Under the pieces are notes generated by a model. It was given only the letters and a program-made list of their open reading frames with translations. It searched no databases and was not told the origin of the DNA. Made by a program: the position numbers and the translations under genes. Positions 28,056 through 38,508 of a DNA stretch of 64,000 nt are shown here, in pieces; the first letter of the stretch is position 1; every line of letters starts with the position of its first letter. The stretch comes from Bacteroidales bacterium (GTDB lineage: Bacteria; Bacteroidota; Bacteroidia; Bacteroidales; JAADJA01), in NCBI GenBank assembly GCA_020052415.1, contig JAGVPB010000078.1, forward strand, positions 146,642 to 210,641. The letters are read 5' to 3'.

Positions 28056-28342
28056 ACATCCCGAAGGGATAGCTTAATTCAGCCCAATAGCTGCGCTTTG
28101 GGTTAAGTGGAATTTGCATATCTTTATTATCGCCCTGAAAGGGCAGCTTAAATATTGTTCATTGAAAAATATTTATGGTCTGATTAAGCTGCCCTTCCAG
28201 GGCGAAGCTGATTTTATCCGGAACATCGTCCCAGGGCGTTGCCCATGGGCTAAAATAAATCAGGCTTTCAGCCATTCAAAGAAAAATAACGATGTAGGGT
28301 ACTTAATGGCAGTCACTTTATAATTCTACTTTCTGGCACATC
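28056..28342 (+). mobile_element. Non-autonomous internal-deletion derivative (REPIN/MITE-like) of the 26427-27147 element
   Basis: Same left and right ends; the transposase is deleted except for the last codons GAAAAATATTTATGGTCTGATTAA (EKYLWSD*). Confidence 0.92.
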
Positions 28343-28404
28343 TCCAAAGGAGTCCAATGGACAAATAAAAATGTAGCCTCTTTTTCATTCTCAAAACAAG
28401 CAAT

Positions 28405-29508
28405 TCAAGCTTTCGCAAGCAGACTTGAAATTCTTGAGGCAAGTGCAGATCCATCATAATTGAGTTTAATGCCTGAATAGAATTCCGCTTCCTGAATTGC
28501 ATGCTGAAGGTCAAAGTTTTTCTGGCTCATGCTGAAGAACCACTTTTTCTTTAAATAATAATGTGCGAGATATTCCTGTTCCGTTTGCCCCGGGGTTGGA
28601 ATGAAAATCGCCTTTGCTCCTGAGACTGCCAGATCCATCACAGTAGAATAACCGGGACGCGAAATAATAAATTTTGATGATCGAATTAAATGATTCAATT
28701 TTTCTGTTTCAAGATGTGGAAAGATCGCGATTAGATCATTTGTTTCAATATTGAATTTATTTTCAGGTTTGCCCCTGATAACGGCAGCCGTGTTAATGGT
28801 TCCTTTCAATTGCTGAATTATCAGATTTTCCAGGACAGATCGCTGTGGTTCAGGACCTGAGAGGATTACAAGTATGTCATAATGCACTTTTTCGTTTTGA
28901 TTGTTAAGCTGTGGACCCGTCGTGCAATATGCAAACCTTGATAATGGCCCGATAAAAAATAAATTTTGTGGCAGAGGATTCAAATGAGATAATTCGCCCG
29001 ATAGATTCGGTTCTGATTCAAAGTCGGGGATCCAGCATTCATCGAAAGCCGCAATATAACTACGGTTGATTTTATTGAGTAATGATCCGGTGAAAGCAAG
29101 GTAAGGCGGAACTCTTATTGACAGTTGGTGGGATATAAAAACTGAAGGTATCGCGACAGACGATAAACCAAAGCGGTTGTCTGAAATAACACCATCAATA
29201 TTGTATTCTAGAATAATTTTTTTCAAAAATTTCCTTTCTTTCTTTATTCCGTTAAGGATTGCGGGCGCCTGCAAAGCCATTTTCATTGCCATGTTGGAGT
29301 TGACGGGATAGGAAAATTTATAGCCCGGAAATTGAATAAACTGAAGTTCGGGAAATTCCTGTTTTAAGAAAGCCAGAGGCCTGTGGTCAGCTCCGATACT
29401 TACTCTTGCTTTTTGATTAAGCAATTCCCTGATTACCGGTACACAACGGGTTGCATGCCCGATTCCCCAGTCGAGCGGGCAAACAATTATATGAGGTGTT
29501 TTTTTCAT
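28405..29508 (-). CDS. GT-B glycosyltransferase (GT28-like C-terminal domain)
   Basis: PLDWGIGHATRC, ISDNRFG, SGPEPQR, ISRPGYSTVMD, IPTPGQTEQEYLA. Confidence 0.9.
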   Translation of the reverse strand: MKKTPHIIVCPLDWGIGHATRCVPVIRELLNQKARVSIGADHRPLAFLKQEFPELQFIQFPGYKFSYPVNSNMAMKMALQAPAILNGIKKERKFLKKIILEYNIDGVISDNRFGLSSVAIPSVFISHQLSIRVPPYLAFTGSLLNKINRSYIAAFDECWIPDFESEPNLSGELSHLNPLPQNLFFIGPLSRFAYCTTGPQLNNQNEKVHYDILVILSGPEPQRSVLENLIIQQLKGTINTAAVIRGKPENKFNIETNDLIAIFPHLETEKLNHLIRSSKFIISRPGYSTVMDLAVSGAKAIFIPTPGQTEQEYLAHYYLKKKWFFSMSQKNFDLQHAIQEAEFYSGIKLNYDGSALASRISSLLAKA

Positions 29509-29633
29509 GAAAATAGTTTACCAAATTGGCTGAATAATATTTTGTCCATTGAACTCCTTTGGAGATGAGTTGTCATAATTTTGCCGATGATTTTTACCTT
29601 GTAAATAGGATCTAATTAAGCCATGATTGCTTT

Positions 29634-29785
29634 GCCCGTAGGGCATCAATATTCATAGAAACGCACGATTCCTGAAAAGAATTTCCCGTAGGGAATCAAC
29701 ATCCTGATAAGTTTTTGTTTATGTCCTACGGACAATTTGAAACTGCTAAACAAAATATTTCTAATGATATTGAATCCCAACGGGC
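29634..29785. repeat. REP/REPIN-like palindromic element (CCCGTAGGG family)
   Basis: GCCCGTAGGGCATCAATATTCATAGAAA ... TTTCTAATGATATTGAATCCCAACGGGC imperfect terminal inverted repeats; internal TTCCCGTAGGGAA and TGTCCTACGGACA hairpins. Confidence 0.75.
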
Positions 29786-29943
29786 TAAAAAATTACGGAT
29801 GTTCCTAACATCGAACGAAGATAAAGATCATTATCAACTTTAATTTGTGTACCTTCATTATTTAGAATAATTTTTTTTCTGCATATCAAAATAAAATTTA
29901 ACCCACAAATTTATCTTATTTTTGGATTGAAAATTCCAACCCC

Positions 29944-31032
29944 ATGCTGATCTATCAAATAGGAATAACACTCATACCTGGAATTGGCGACATCAACGGG
30001 AAAAAGCTGATCTCGTATTGCGGCAATGCTGAAGCGGTATTTAAAGAAAAGAAAAAAGCCTTGTTAAAAATTCCCGGAATCGGTGAATCCACAGTCGCTT
30101 CAATACTTTCACAAGAAGTTCTCGAGAGGGCGGAAGAAGAGATCAGCTTCGTTGAAAAATATAACATTACCCCACTCTTTTTTACATCTAAAGCCTACCC
30201 TCAGAGGCTGAAGCATTGTGTTGACAGTCCGCTGATGCTTTACTATAAAGGAAATGCCGATTTAAATTGTGATAAGATCATTAGTGTGGTAGGAACCAGG
30301 AGGGCTTCTGATTATGGAAAGGAAACATGTAATAAAATAATTGAAGATTTGGCAGCTTTGAAAGTTCTTGTTGTCAGTGGCCTTGCTTATGGCATTGACA
30401 GCAAAGCGCACCAGGCGGCCCTTAATTATAACCTTGAAACCGTTGGAGTACTGGCTCATGGACTCGACCGGATATATCCCTATTCAAACAGGGCGCTTGC
30501 AGAAAAGATGATACATTCCGGAGGTTTGATCACCGATTTTCTTAGCAAAACCAACCCCGACAGGGAAAATTTTCCCAAGCGAAACCGCATCATAGCCGGT
30601 ATGTCGGATGCCCTCGTAGTGATTGAAACAGCCATGAAAGGCGGGGCATTGATAACAGCAAATATTGCCAATTCATACAACAGGGATGTTTTTGCTGTTC
30701 CCGGTAAACTCACTGATAAATTTTCCGAAGGCTGTAATTTTCTTATAAAAACCAATAAGGCTGCATTGTTACAATCGGCACGGGATATTGAATACATTAT
30801 GCGATGGGAACCGAAGGAGGTAAAATCTTCGCGGCAGCAAAAGCTTTTTGAGGAATTAACTCCCGAAGAAGAAGCAATTATTAATATTATAAATGAAAAC
30901 ACCGAATCAGGAATTGATCATATTGTGTTACAATCAAAATTTACTGCTAGTAAAATAGCTGCAATACTTTTAAACCTGGAGTTTAAAGGAATGATAAGAA
31001 GCCTGCCGGGAAAGATATATAAATGTATCTGA
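29944..31032 (+). CDS. dprA: DNA-processing protein DprA
   Basis: VVGTR, VSGLAYGID, NFPKRNRIIAG, GGALITA, RDVFAVPG, C-terminal wHTH. Confidence 0.97.
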   Translation: MLIYQIGITLIPGIGDINGKKLISYCGNAEAVFKEKKKALLKIPGIGESTVASILSQEVLERAEEEISFVEKYNITPLFFTSKAYPQRLKHCVDSPLMLYYKGNADLNCDKIISVVGTRRASDYGKETCNKIIEDLAALKVLVVSGLAYGIDSKAHQAALNYNLETVGVLAHGLDRIYPYSNRALAEKMIHSGGLITDFLSKTNPDRENFPKRNRIIAGMSDALVVIETAMKGGALITANIANSYNRDVFAVPGKLTDKFSEGCNFLIKTNKAALLQSARDIEYIMRWEPKEVKSSRQQKLFEELTPEEEAIINIINENTESGIDHIVLQSKFTASKIAAILLNLEFKGMIRSLPGKIYKCI

Positions 31033-31039
31033 TGACTCT

Positions 31040-31723
31040 TTATTCTTTCTTCAGTCGCTTAAATTCTTCATTAAGTTCAAATGCCTTATAATAAAGCATT
31101 ATAATTATAATAAATGCGCCGATACTCAGGAAGAGCAATAAACGGAAATCTTTTGTGATAAAACAAAAATTATACAGGGCATGAAAAAATGAAGCTCCAA
31201 GTAAGCCTGTCATCGAATCTACAAATTTGTTTTCGCGGACTTTTGCCATACCGGTATAAAATCCAAGGATAATCGCAAAGAAAAGGTTGGCAAATATGAC
31301 GGAATAGGCATAAGTAAAATCTATTTCAGCATAGTAGGGTAAGGCAAAATAAATTACATTGCTCATGAGCGAAAAACCTAGAGAAATCATAATGCTGTAA
31401 ACGATGCTGTCGAGCGGGCCATTAAAACTTGATTTACTGTAATTATAATATCGCAGGATCAGGAACTTGCCGAATTCCGAGCCAAAGCCCATAACAATAA
31501 ACGAATAAAAAATTATCCGCCGTAAATTTTTAAAATCTTCCAGGCCGAATTGCCGTGAGATATATTGAAACAGCACAACCAGCACTATGCTGACCATCCC
31601 TAAAATAAAACTGGTTATTAACCCGGGATACCTGTCTTTGCCGCGTTTAATCCAGATAAGGCCTAAAGTAAAAATGGCAAGAACAGGAGCTAAAGCTAAG
31701 GATAAAATGTAATTTATCATCAT
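31040..31723 (-). CDS. PrsW-family membrane protein with degenerate catalytic motifs
   Basis: PrsW-like topology, FNGPLDSIVY..MISLGF and FHALYN; the EExxK motif reads SEFGK. Confidence 0.75.
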   Translation of the reverse strand: MMINYILSLALAPVLAIFTLGLIWIKRGKDRYPGLITSFILGMVSIVLVVLFQYISRQFGLEDFKNLRRIIFYSFIVMGFGSEFGKFLILRYYNYSKSSFNGPLDSIVYSIMISLGFSLMSNVIYFALPYYAEIDFTYAYSVIFANLFFAIILGFYTGMAKVRENKFVDSMTGLLGASFFHALYNFCFITKDFRLLLFLSIGAFIIIIMLYYKAFELNEEFKRLKKE

Positions 31724-31827
31724 GGTAGTTAATTTTAAAAATCAAAAGTACAAATAGGTTTTGAACATAACGATAAGATCAATAAATAATTTAATAATTA
31801 ATTTATAATTAAATGTTAAAATTGTGC

Positions 31828-32928
31828 TTAAACATGTCCGTTCCTTTCCCTGTAAAGGTCTGCCTGGCGCTGGATTGATTCGGTATGAACTATTTCGAGT
31901 AGTTTCTGCAGGAATTCTTTGTTTAAACCCGAATCGAGCCCGGTGTTTAACCTGTCGCGAACAATATTGCTCCACCTTTTTAGCTGTAAGATCGTAATGT
32001 TGTGGTCCCTTTTGTATTTTCCAATTTCGTCAATCAAACACATTCGACGGGCCAGTATATTAATAAGTTCAGCATCAAGTTTATCAATTTCCGTCCGGAG
32101 TTCTTCAAGCTTTGATTCAAATTCAATATTTCCCTTTTCTTCACGGATAATCAAAGAGTCAATAAGTTCTTTTAAATGAGCCGGAGTGATTTGTTGTTGC
32201 GGATCAGTTAATGCGTGTTCCGGATCAATATGTGTTTCTATCATGAGCCCGTTCATTTCCAGGTCCAGAGCTTTTTGTGAAATGTCGCGCAGCGATTCAC
32301 GGTCACCGCAAATATGACTCGGATCGCAGATTACCGGCAGGTCGGGAATTTGCCTTTTTAATTCGATGGGAATTTCCCACATAGGAGCATTCCTGTAAGG
32401 TGTTTTATCAAAAAAATAGAATCCCCGGTGTATGGCTGCAATTTTTTTTATCCCAGCTTGATTAATGCGTTCCAAAGCACCAATCCATAAATTGAGATCA
32501 GGATTGACTGGATTTTTTACCATAACCGGAATATCCACTCCTTTCAGCACATTGGCCAGATCCTGCAAAGAAAACGGATTGACAACCGTTCTTGCTCCGA
32601 TCCATAAAATATCAATTCCAAATTTCAGGGCGGCCTCAACGTGTAATGGGCTTGCCACTTCAACTGTCGTAAGAAGGCCTGTCTCCTCCTTAATTTTACT
32701 TATCCACTTCAACCCTTCAATACCAGCACCTTCAAAAAGTCCCGGACGTGTACGGGGCTTCCAGATGCCTGCTCTGAAAATTTTTACATTTGGGATCATT
32801 GCCACAGCTCGGGCTGTATCCAGCACCTGCTTCTCCGACTCAGCGCTGCACGGCCCACTGATGATTAAAGGAGTGACATCGGTATTGAGCCAATGTTTCA
32901 GAGGTAATATGTCGAGTTTAACACTCAT
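31828..32928 (-). CDS. Bifunctional DAHP synthase (type I-beta)/chorismate mutase
   Basis: GPCSAES, FRAGIWKPRT, WIGART, DPSHICG; C-terminal LEELRTEID...RM...IGKYK chorismate mutase. Confidence 0.95.
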   Translation of the reverse strand: MSVKLDILPLKHWLNTDVTPLIISGPCSAESEKQVLDTARAVAMIPNVKIFRAGIWKPRTRPGLFEGAGIEGLKWISKIKEETGLLTTVEVASPLHVEAALKFGIDILWIGARTVVNPFSLQDLANVLKGVDIPVMVKNPVNPDLNLWIGALERINQAGIKKIAAIHRGFYFFDKTPYRNAPMWEIPIELKRQIPDLPVICDPSHICGDRESLRDISQKALDLEMNGLMIETHIDPEHALTDPQQQITPAHLKELIDSLIIREEKGNIEFESKLEELRTEIDKLDAELINILARRMCLIDEIGKYKRDHNITILQLKRWSNIVRDRLNTGLDSGLNKEFLQKLLEIVHTESIQRQADLYRERNGHV

Positions 32929-33065
32929 AATTTTGAGACAAAAATACTTAATTTCAATACGGAATTATTGCTTAATTTCAAAGCTTTAATCCAGTATTTC
33001 AACAATGTTAAAATGAAAAAGTAGCTAAATTTGCAATATAAATAATAATGTTTGAATTTTAAAAC

Positions 33066-34511
33066 ATGATAAAAAGGATAAAGATCGTTAACCTCCTGAA
33101 ATCGAAAGATTACGGAAAGGTGGTAAATGTGAAGGGTTGGGTCAGAACAAAAAGAGGCAGTAAAAATGTTTCTTTTATAGCTTTGAATGATGGCTCAACC
33201 ATTAATAACCTGCAGGTAGTGGTTGATCATTCAGTACTTATGGAAGAAATATTACAACCGGTCAACACAGGCGCCGCTCTTTCCATTACCGGTGAAATCA
33301 TTCAGTCGCCCGGCAGCGGACAGAGTGTTGAAGTCAATGCAAAAAATATCGAGATATTGGGACTTGCCGATCCGGATGAGTATCCGTTGCAACCCAAAAA
33401 GCATTCTCTCGAATTTTTACGGGAAATAGCTCATTTACGGTTTCGTACAAATACTTTCGGAGCAATAGCCCGTTTGCGACATGCACTGATTTTTGCCACT
33501 CATAAATTTTTCAATGATAAAGGATTTTATAATATCCATTCACCCATCATAACAGGCTCAGATGCGGAAGGCGCGGGACAAATGTTCAGAGTTACAATCC
33601 TTGATCCTAAAAATCCTCCGTTAAATGATGATGGGTCGGTAAATTTTCATGAAGATTTTTTTGGGAAAGCCACCAACCTGACTGTTTCAGGTCAGTTAGA
33701 AGCCGAGCTTGCTGCCATGGGGCTTTCAGAGGTTTATACTTTCGGGCCTACTTTCAGGGCGGAAAACTCAAATACTTCAAGGCACCTTGCCGAATTCTGG
33801 ATGATTGAACCTGAAATGGCATTTTATGATATTAACGACAATATGGATTTAGCTGAAGAAATGCTAAAGTTCATTATAAAATATGCCCTTGATAATTGCA
33901 GCGATGATCTTGCCTTTTTAAATAAAAGGCTGTTGGAAGAAGAGCGTTCGAAAAAGCCGGAAGAACGCTCACCGATGGAATTGATTGAAAAACTGAGGTT
34001 TGTTCTCGAAAATAAATTTGAGCGCATCACTTATACACAGGCAATAGATATATTGAAGGATTCAAATCCGAATAAAAAGAAAAAATTTCAGTATGTGATA
34101 GATAAATGGGGCATTGACCTGCAATCGGAACATGAACGTTACCTGGTTGAAAAACACTTTAAAAAGCCCGTAATAGTAACGGATTACCCTAAAGAAATCA
34201 AGGCTTTTTATATGAAAATGAACGATGATGGTAAAACAGTGAGAGCTATGGATGTTCTGTTCCCGCAAATCGGAGAAATCATCGGTGGCTCGCAACGGGA
34301 GGAAATATATGACTCGCTATTGAAACGAATGCGCGAAATGAACGTACCAGAGAAGGAATTATGGTGGTACCTTGAAACGAGAAAGTTTGGAACCGTACCA
34401 CATAGCGGCTTCGGCCTGGGTTTTGAACGAATGGTGCAGTTTATTACCGGTATGGGAAATATCAGGGATGTGATCCCCTTCCCCAGAACCCCGCTAAATG
34501 CTGAATTTTAA
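33066..34511 (+). CDS. asnS: Asparagine--tRNA ligase
   Basis: [49 protein letters not shown]. Confidence 0.98.
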   Translation: MIKRIKIVNLLKSKDYGKVVNVKGWVRTKRGSKNVSFIALNDGSTINNLQVVVDHSVLMEEILQPVNTGAALSITGEIIQSPGSGQSVEVNAKNIEILGLADPDEYPLQPKKHSLEFLREIAHLRFRTNTFGAIARLRHALIFATHKFFNDKGFYNIHSPIITGSDAEGAGQMFRVTILDPKNPPLNDDGSVNFHEDFFGKATNLTVSGQLEAELAAMGLSEVYTFGPTFRAENSNTSRHLAEFWMIEPEMAFYDINDNMDLAEEMLKFIIKYALDNCSDDLAFLNKRLLEEERSKKPEERSPMELIEKLRFVLENKFERITYTQAIDILKDSNPNKKKKFQYVIDKWGIDLQSEHERYLVEKHFKKPVIVTDYPKEIKAFYMKMNDDGKTVRAMDVLFPQIGEIIGGSQREEIYDSLLKRMREMNVPEKELWWYLETRKFGTVPHSGFGLGFERMVQFITGMGNIRDVIPFPRTPLNAEF

Positions 34512-34608
34512 AAAACTTAATATTGAAATAAATAAATTCTGTTGCTTGTTAAGTATTTATTACCGACATTTGTTTCATGTCTTCAGGCATTGATAAAATA
34601 AAATTTGC

Positions 34609-36099
34609 ATGTTAAATCAGCGGTTACAACAAAAGCTCCTACAGAAACTGTCGCCACAACAGATTCTGCTGATGAAGTTGCTGCAAATTCCTTCAATTGC
34701 CCTTGAGCAAAGGATTAAACAAGAGATAGAAGAAAATCCCGCTCTTGAAGAAACGAATGATTTGGAAGAATTAACCGGACCCGATATGGAATTTGATGAA
34801 CCTCCCGGTGCTGATGAAGACGATCATGATAAAGAAGAAGATATTGAGGTAAAAAACAGCGATGATGAGTTTGATTTTGAAGACTATATTGCTGATGATG
34901 ACGACATTCCGGCTTACAAGCTAAGTGCTAATAACTACAGCCCTGATGATGAAAGAAGGGAAATACCCTTTGTTGCAGGCAATTCTTTCCAGGAACTGTT
35001 GTTTTCTCAATTGGGCATGCGTGACCTGGATGAAAAACAACAAAAAATTGCTGCCTATATCATCGGGAATATTGATGACTCAGGCTATGTGAACCGTGAT
35101 ATTAATGCGATGATAGACGACCTAGTATTTGCAATGAATATTCATGCAAGCAGGGATGAGCTGTTAAAATTGCTTTTCATCATCCAGGAACTCGACCCCC
35201 CCGGTGTAGGAGCGCGTAACCTGCAGGAATGTCTCTTACTTCAATTGAAAAGAAAGGAAGATCCGGGCAAGAGCACGGAACTTGCGATCGAAATTCTTGA
35301 AAGGCATTTTAATGAATTTACAAAAAAGCATTACGAAAAGATAATTAAAAAAGCCAAAATCACAGAACATGAACTGAAAGACGCCATTGAAGAAATCCTG
35401 AAACTCAATCCCAAACCCGGAAATTCACACAGCGATTCAGCAAGAACAAATCATTATATCCTCCCCGATTTTTTTATTTTTAATGATAATGGCGGTCTTG
35501 ATTTTCAACTGAATTCGAAAAATGCACCGGAATTACGGCTCAACAGAACCTATATGGATATGCTTGAAACTTATGCCAGCAGTAAAAATAAGAGCAAGCA
35601 CAGGGATACCATATCCTTTGTAAAACAAAAAATTGATTCAGCAAGATGGTTTATTGATGCCATCAGGCAACGGCAAAACACCCTGCAAATAACCATGCAG
35701 GCCATCATGGATTACCAGAGTGAGTACTTTCTGACGGGTGACGAAACAAAGCTAAGGCCTATGATCCTGAAAGATATCGCTGAAATTGTAAACCTCGATA
35801 TATCTACCATTTCGCGTGTTGCAAACAGCAAGTATGTTCAAACACCATTCGGAACTTTTCTTTTGAAAAGCTTTTTCTCTGAGTCAATGCAAACCGACAG
35901 TGGCGAAGAAGTTTCAACCCGTGAAATAAAGAAAATTCTTTCGGATTGCATTGAAGCCGAAGAAAAGGGCAAACCGCTCACCGACGAGCAGCTTACAAAG
36001 ATTCTCAAAGAAAAAGGATACAATATTGCACGGCGCACAGTGGCTAAGTACCGCGAACAACTCAATATTCCCGTTGCCCGGCTCAGAAAAGAATTGTAA
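34609..36099 (+). CDS. rpoN: RNA polymerase sigma-54 factor
   Basis: Q-rich region I, DPPGVGAR, STISR, RpoN box ARRTVAKYRE. Confidence 0.98.
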   Translation: MLNQRLQQKLLQKLSPQQILLMKLLQIPSIALEQRIKQEIEENPALEETNDLEELTGPDMEFDEPPGADEDDHDKEEDIEVKNSDDEFDFEDYIADDDDIPAYKLSANNYSPDDERREIPFVAGNSFQELLFSQLGMRDLDEKQQKIAAYIIGNIDDSGYVNRDINAMIDDLVFAMNIHASRDELLKLLFIIQELDPPGVGARNLQECLLLQLKRKEDPGKSTELAIEILERHFNEFTKKHYEKIIKKAKITEHELKDAIEEILKLNPKPGNSHSDSARTNHYILPDFFIFNDNGGLDFQLNSKNAPELRLNRTYMDMLETYASSKNKSKHRDTISFVKQKIDSARWFIDAIRQRQNTLQITMQAIMDYQSEYFLTGDETKLRPMILKDIAEIVNLDISTISRVANSKYVQTPFGTFLLKSFFSESMQTDSGEEVSTREIKKILSDCIEAEEKGKPLTDEQLTKILKEKGYNIARRTVAKYREQLNIPVARLRKEL

Positions 36100-36110
36100 G
36101 CTGATCTTTC

Positions 36111-36719
36111 ATGGAACAAAAATTCGCCGGTTTAATTTCCTATATCATTCACCCCATGCTAATTCCAACTTACCTGACATTAATTCTGTTCAATATTAAT
36201 ACTTACGCTACTCTGCTTATCCCTGCCGAAGCCAGGCTGATGATATTTGTCCTGATTTTCCTTACCACATTCGCTTTCCCTTCTATTTTTATTCTTTTTA
36301 TGAAGCGAAGAGGAATGATCAAATCTATTCAGATGGAGACAAAGGAAGAAAGAACTCTTCCGTTCGCCATAGCCGGAGTTTTTAATTTTACGGCTTCATT
36401 TATGATCCGGCAAATACAGATCGCTGAGATTTTTTATCTTTTTTTGCTTGGTTCGGCAATATTGATCTTTATATGCCTCATCATAAATTTTTATTTCAAA
36501 ATAAGCATTCACATGGCAGGTATTGGCGGACTGACCGGAGCTTTATTAGGTATTTCATTTCGCTTGAATATTGATGTTATTCAGCTTGTAACTATTGCTG
36601 TATTATTATCCGGGCTGGTCGGTTTTGCAAGGTTGAAACTGAATGCACACAAGGCATTTCAAATATACACAGGTTATTTGTGTGGATTGATAGTAATGCT
36701 GGTTATAATTCAGGTTTGA
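36111..36719 (+). CDS. Conserved membrane protein (PAP2-like superfamily)
   Basis: ISY..HP, KISIHM, ARL.L.AH...QIY.G; multiple TM helices. Confidence 0.7.
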   Translation: MEQKFAGLISYIIHPMLIPTYLTLILFNINTYATLLIPAEARLMIFVLIFLTTFAFPSIFILFMKRRGMIKSIQMETKEERTLPFAIAGVFNFTASFMIRQIQIAEIFYLFLLGSAILIFICLIINFYFKISIHMAGIGGLTGALLGISFRLNIDVIQLVTIAVLLSGLVGFARLKLNAHKAFQIYTGYLCGLIVMLVIIQV

Positions 36720-36761
36720 ATCCGGATCAGAAAGTTTGAAGAGAGCCTGAAATCTTTATAA

Positions 36762-37436
36762 TTAAAATGGAATAATAGTCAAACCGACTGAAATGGGATA
36801 CATTTCAGGACCGTAATCTTTCTGGAATAATGTCGAAAGCTGGTAATATCCCCATAGATTCAGCCATTTATAACCGATGCGTCCTGTGAATCCATACCTG
36901 TTTTTTTCCAGGAAGTTTATTTTTGATTTTTTATAAATGATCAAATCCGAATTGCCTAAAATGTAGTCATCTCCTTTATACTTGGTGTGAGCTCTCATTA
37001 AAAAACCAAATTTAAATCCGATGGCAAGCCTGAAATCACTTTTTGATTTATACCGCACCTCAAAAGGTATATCAAGGTAGGTGACCACGAGCTTTGATTT
37101 TTTATAATCCTGACCTGGTAATGAATCAAGAATGGGTTGAAAGTAAGTGGAATCCCCCGTATTTACAAGAAATGATGAATTAAACAGGTTGTGAACCCCA
37201 AAACCCAGACCGGGTGAAAAACTCACGTTGCTTTTCCCAAAAATATAATTGTATGTTCCAAACACATTGATTCCGGGATTTAATGTTCCCGGGTCAAGAT
37301 CGTTGGGAATATCCTGCCACAAATCGGTAAATACATCCATACCGATTGTAAATTTACGTTTGGTATCCTCAGTCACTACCTGCGAGAATGAATTGATAAA
37401 CACAAAACTGAATAATAGAATGAGTAGCTTTTTCAT
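36762..37436 (-). CDS. Outer-membrane beta-barrel protein
   Basis: Signal peptide, amphipathic strands, YLDIPFEVR motif, C-terminal Phe. Confidence 0.75.
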   Translation of the reverse strand: MKKLLILLFSFVFINSFSQVVTEDTKRKFTIGMDVFTDLWQDIPNDLDPGTLNPGINVFGTYNYIFGKSNVSFSPGLGFGVHNLFNSSFLVNTGDSTYFQPILDSLPGQDYKKSKLVVTYLDIPFEVRYKSKSDFRLAIGFKFGFLMRAHTKYKGDDYILGNSDLIIYKKSKINFLEKNRYGFTGRIGYKWLNLWGYYQLSTLFQKDYGPEMYPISVGLTIIPF

Positions 37437-37494
37437 TTGTTGATTTTAAAAAGTAAAAACAAAGATAAAAAATATTCGCTTTAATAACCTTAAA

Positions 37495-38508
37495 TTATTT
37501 AACTGTATCATCAGATTCATAACCACGGCTAAGATAAAACGCAGCTTTATCGAAAAAAAGCATCATCCTGCGTTCCAGTTCGAGCACAATATAAATGTCA
37601 ATGGTTTTGTTCCACATTCCCTGTGAAAGAGCAAATTCCCAGATGTTTTTCCGGATAAGGCTCAGGGCGCTGATCACCTCGCTTGCTTTAAATCCTTCTT
37701 TCTTTCTTGTTCTGCCCATTTCCATATAATAATCGCGGTTGTCTTTTTCGGTATAAAGCCCTTTTAACCAGTGCCCGAACTGCTCTATCACATGCCGGCC
37801 CCTCATCAGAACCTCTGCTTTTTCAAGCCGTGCATAACTTTCGGTTGACCTTTTACTGCATACATCCTCAGTCCATTTACCGGCAATCAGGTCTGCATTC
37901 TTTTCAATGACTTCGGTTAAACGGTCGGAAAGAAAATATTTCTTTTTTTGTTCCAGCTCATCCTCCATTCTCGAAAGATTAAATGAATCGAGAATTGCCC
38001 AGAAATCTACTTTATTTCTTATAAACGCCTTTATAGCTTTTTCGTTTGATTTAAATGCAAGCGCCGGCAACTTTTCTATTGGGAAATATTTTACATCTGT
38101 TGCATCATCTCCCGGTTGTAATATGCCACCGGTTTGTTCAACTTCATAAGTGATAAATGTAAGGTCGCCGTAATGCCGGCTCTTAACTGAATCCACATCC
38201 ACAAGGTTAATGATCTTACCATGTATGCCCGATTCCTCAAAGAGTTCACGCAACGCTGCCTCCCCAATACTTTCATTGGTTTCTGCAAATCCGGTTGGTA
38301 AACACCATTTTCCCCTGTAGGGCTTGTTCCCTCGTTTTACGAGCAACAAGGCTCTGTCGGGACAATGGATGCACGATACTACCGGTAGAGGATTTTCATA
38401 GAAATAGGTTTTGCAGTTGCTGCAATATTGCCTTGGTATTTCTCCTTCCTTTTTCAGTATCGTCACCGATCCGCAATATGGACAATACTTTTGACTTTTC
38501 GTTTTCAA
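37495..38508 (-). CDS. Zn-ribbon-NUDIX hydrolase fused to a C-terminal helical (RsbRD_N-like) domain
   Basis: CPYCG...CSNC; Nudix box GFAETNESIGEAALRELFEESG; C-terminal LSDRL...W...GRTRKKEGF...EV..AL..W...FFD.A. Confidence 0.85.
   Translation of the reverse strand: MKTKSQKYCPYCGSVTILKKEGEIPRQYCSNCKTYFYENPLPVVSCIHCPDRALLLVKRGNKPYRGKWCLPTGFAETNESIGEAALRELFEESGIHGKIINLVDVDSVKSRHYGDLTFITYEVEQTGGILQPGDDATDVKYFPIEKLPALAFKSNEKAIKAFIRNKVDFWAILDSFNLSRMEDELEQKKKYFLSDRLTEVIEKNADLIAGKWTEDVCSKRSTESYARLEKAEVLMRGRHVIEQFGHWLKGLYTEKDNRDYYMEMGRTRKKEGFKASEVISALSLIRKNIWEFALSQGMWNKTIDIYIVLELERRMMLFFDKAAFYLSRGYESDDTVK

Noticed and set aside
28114..28323. 69-aa ORF
   Set aside because: Lies within the non-autonomous palindromic element; no coding signal.
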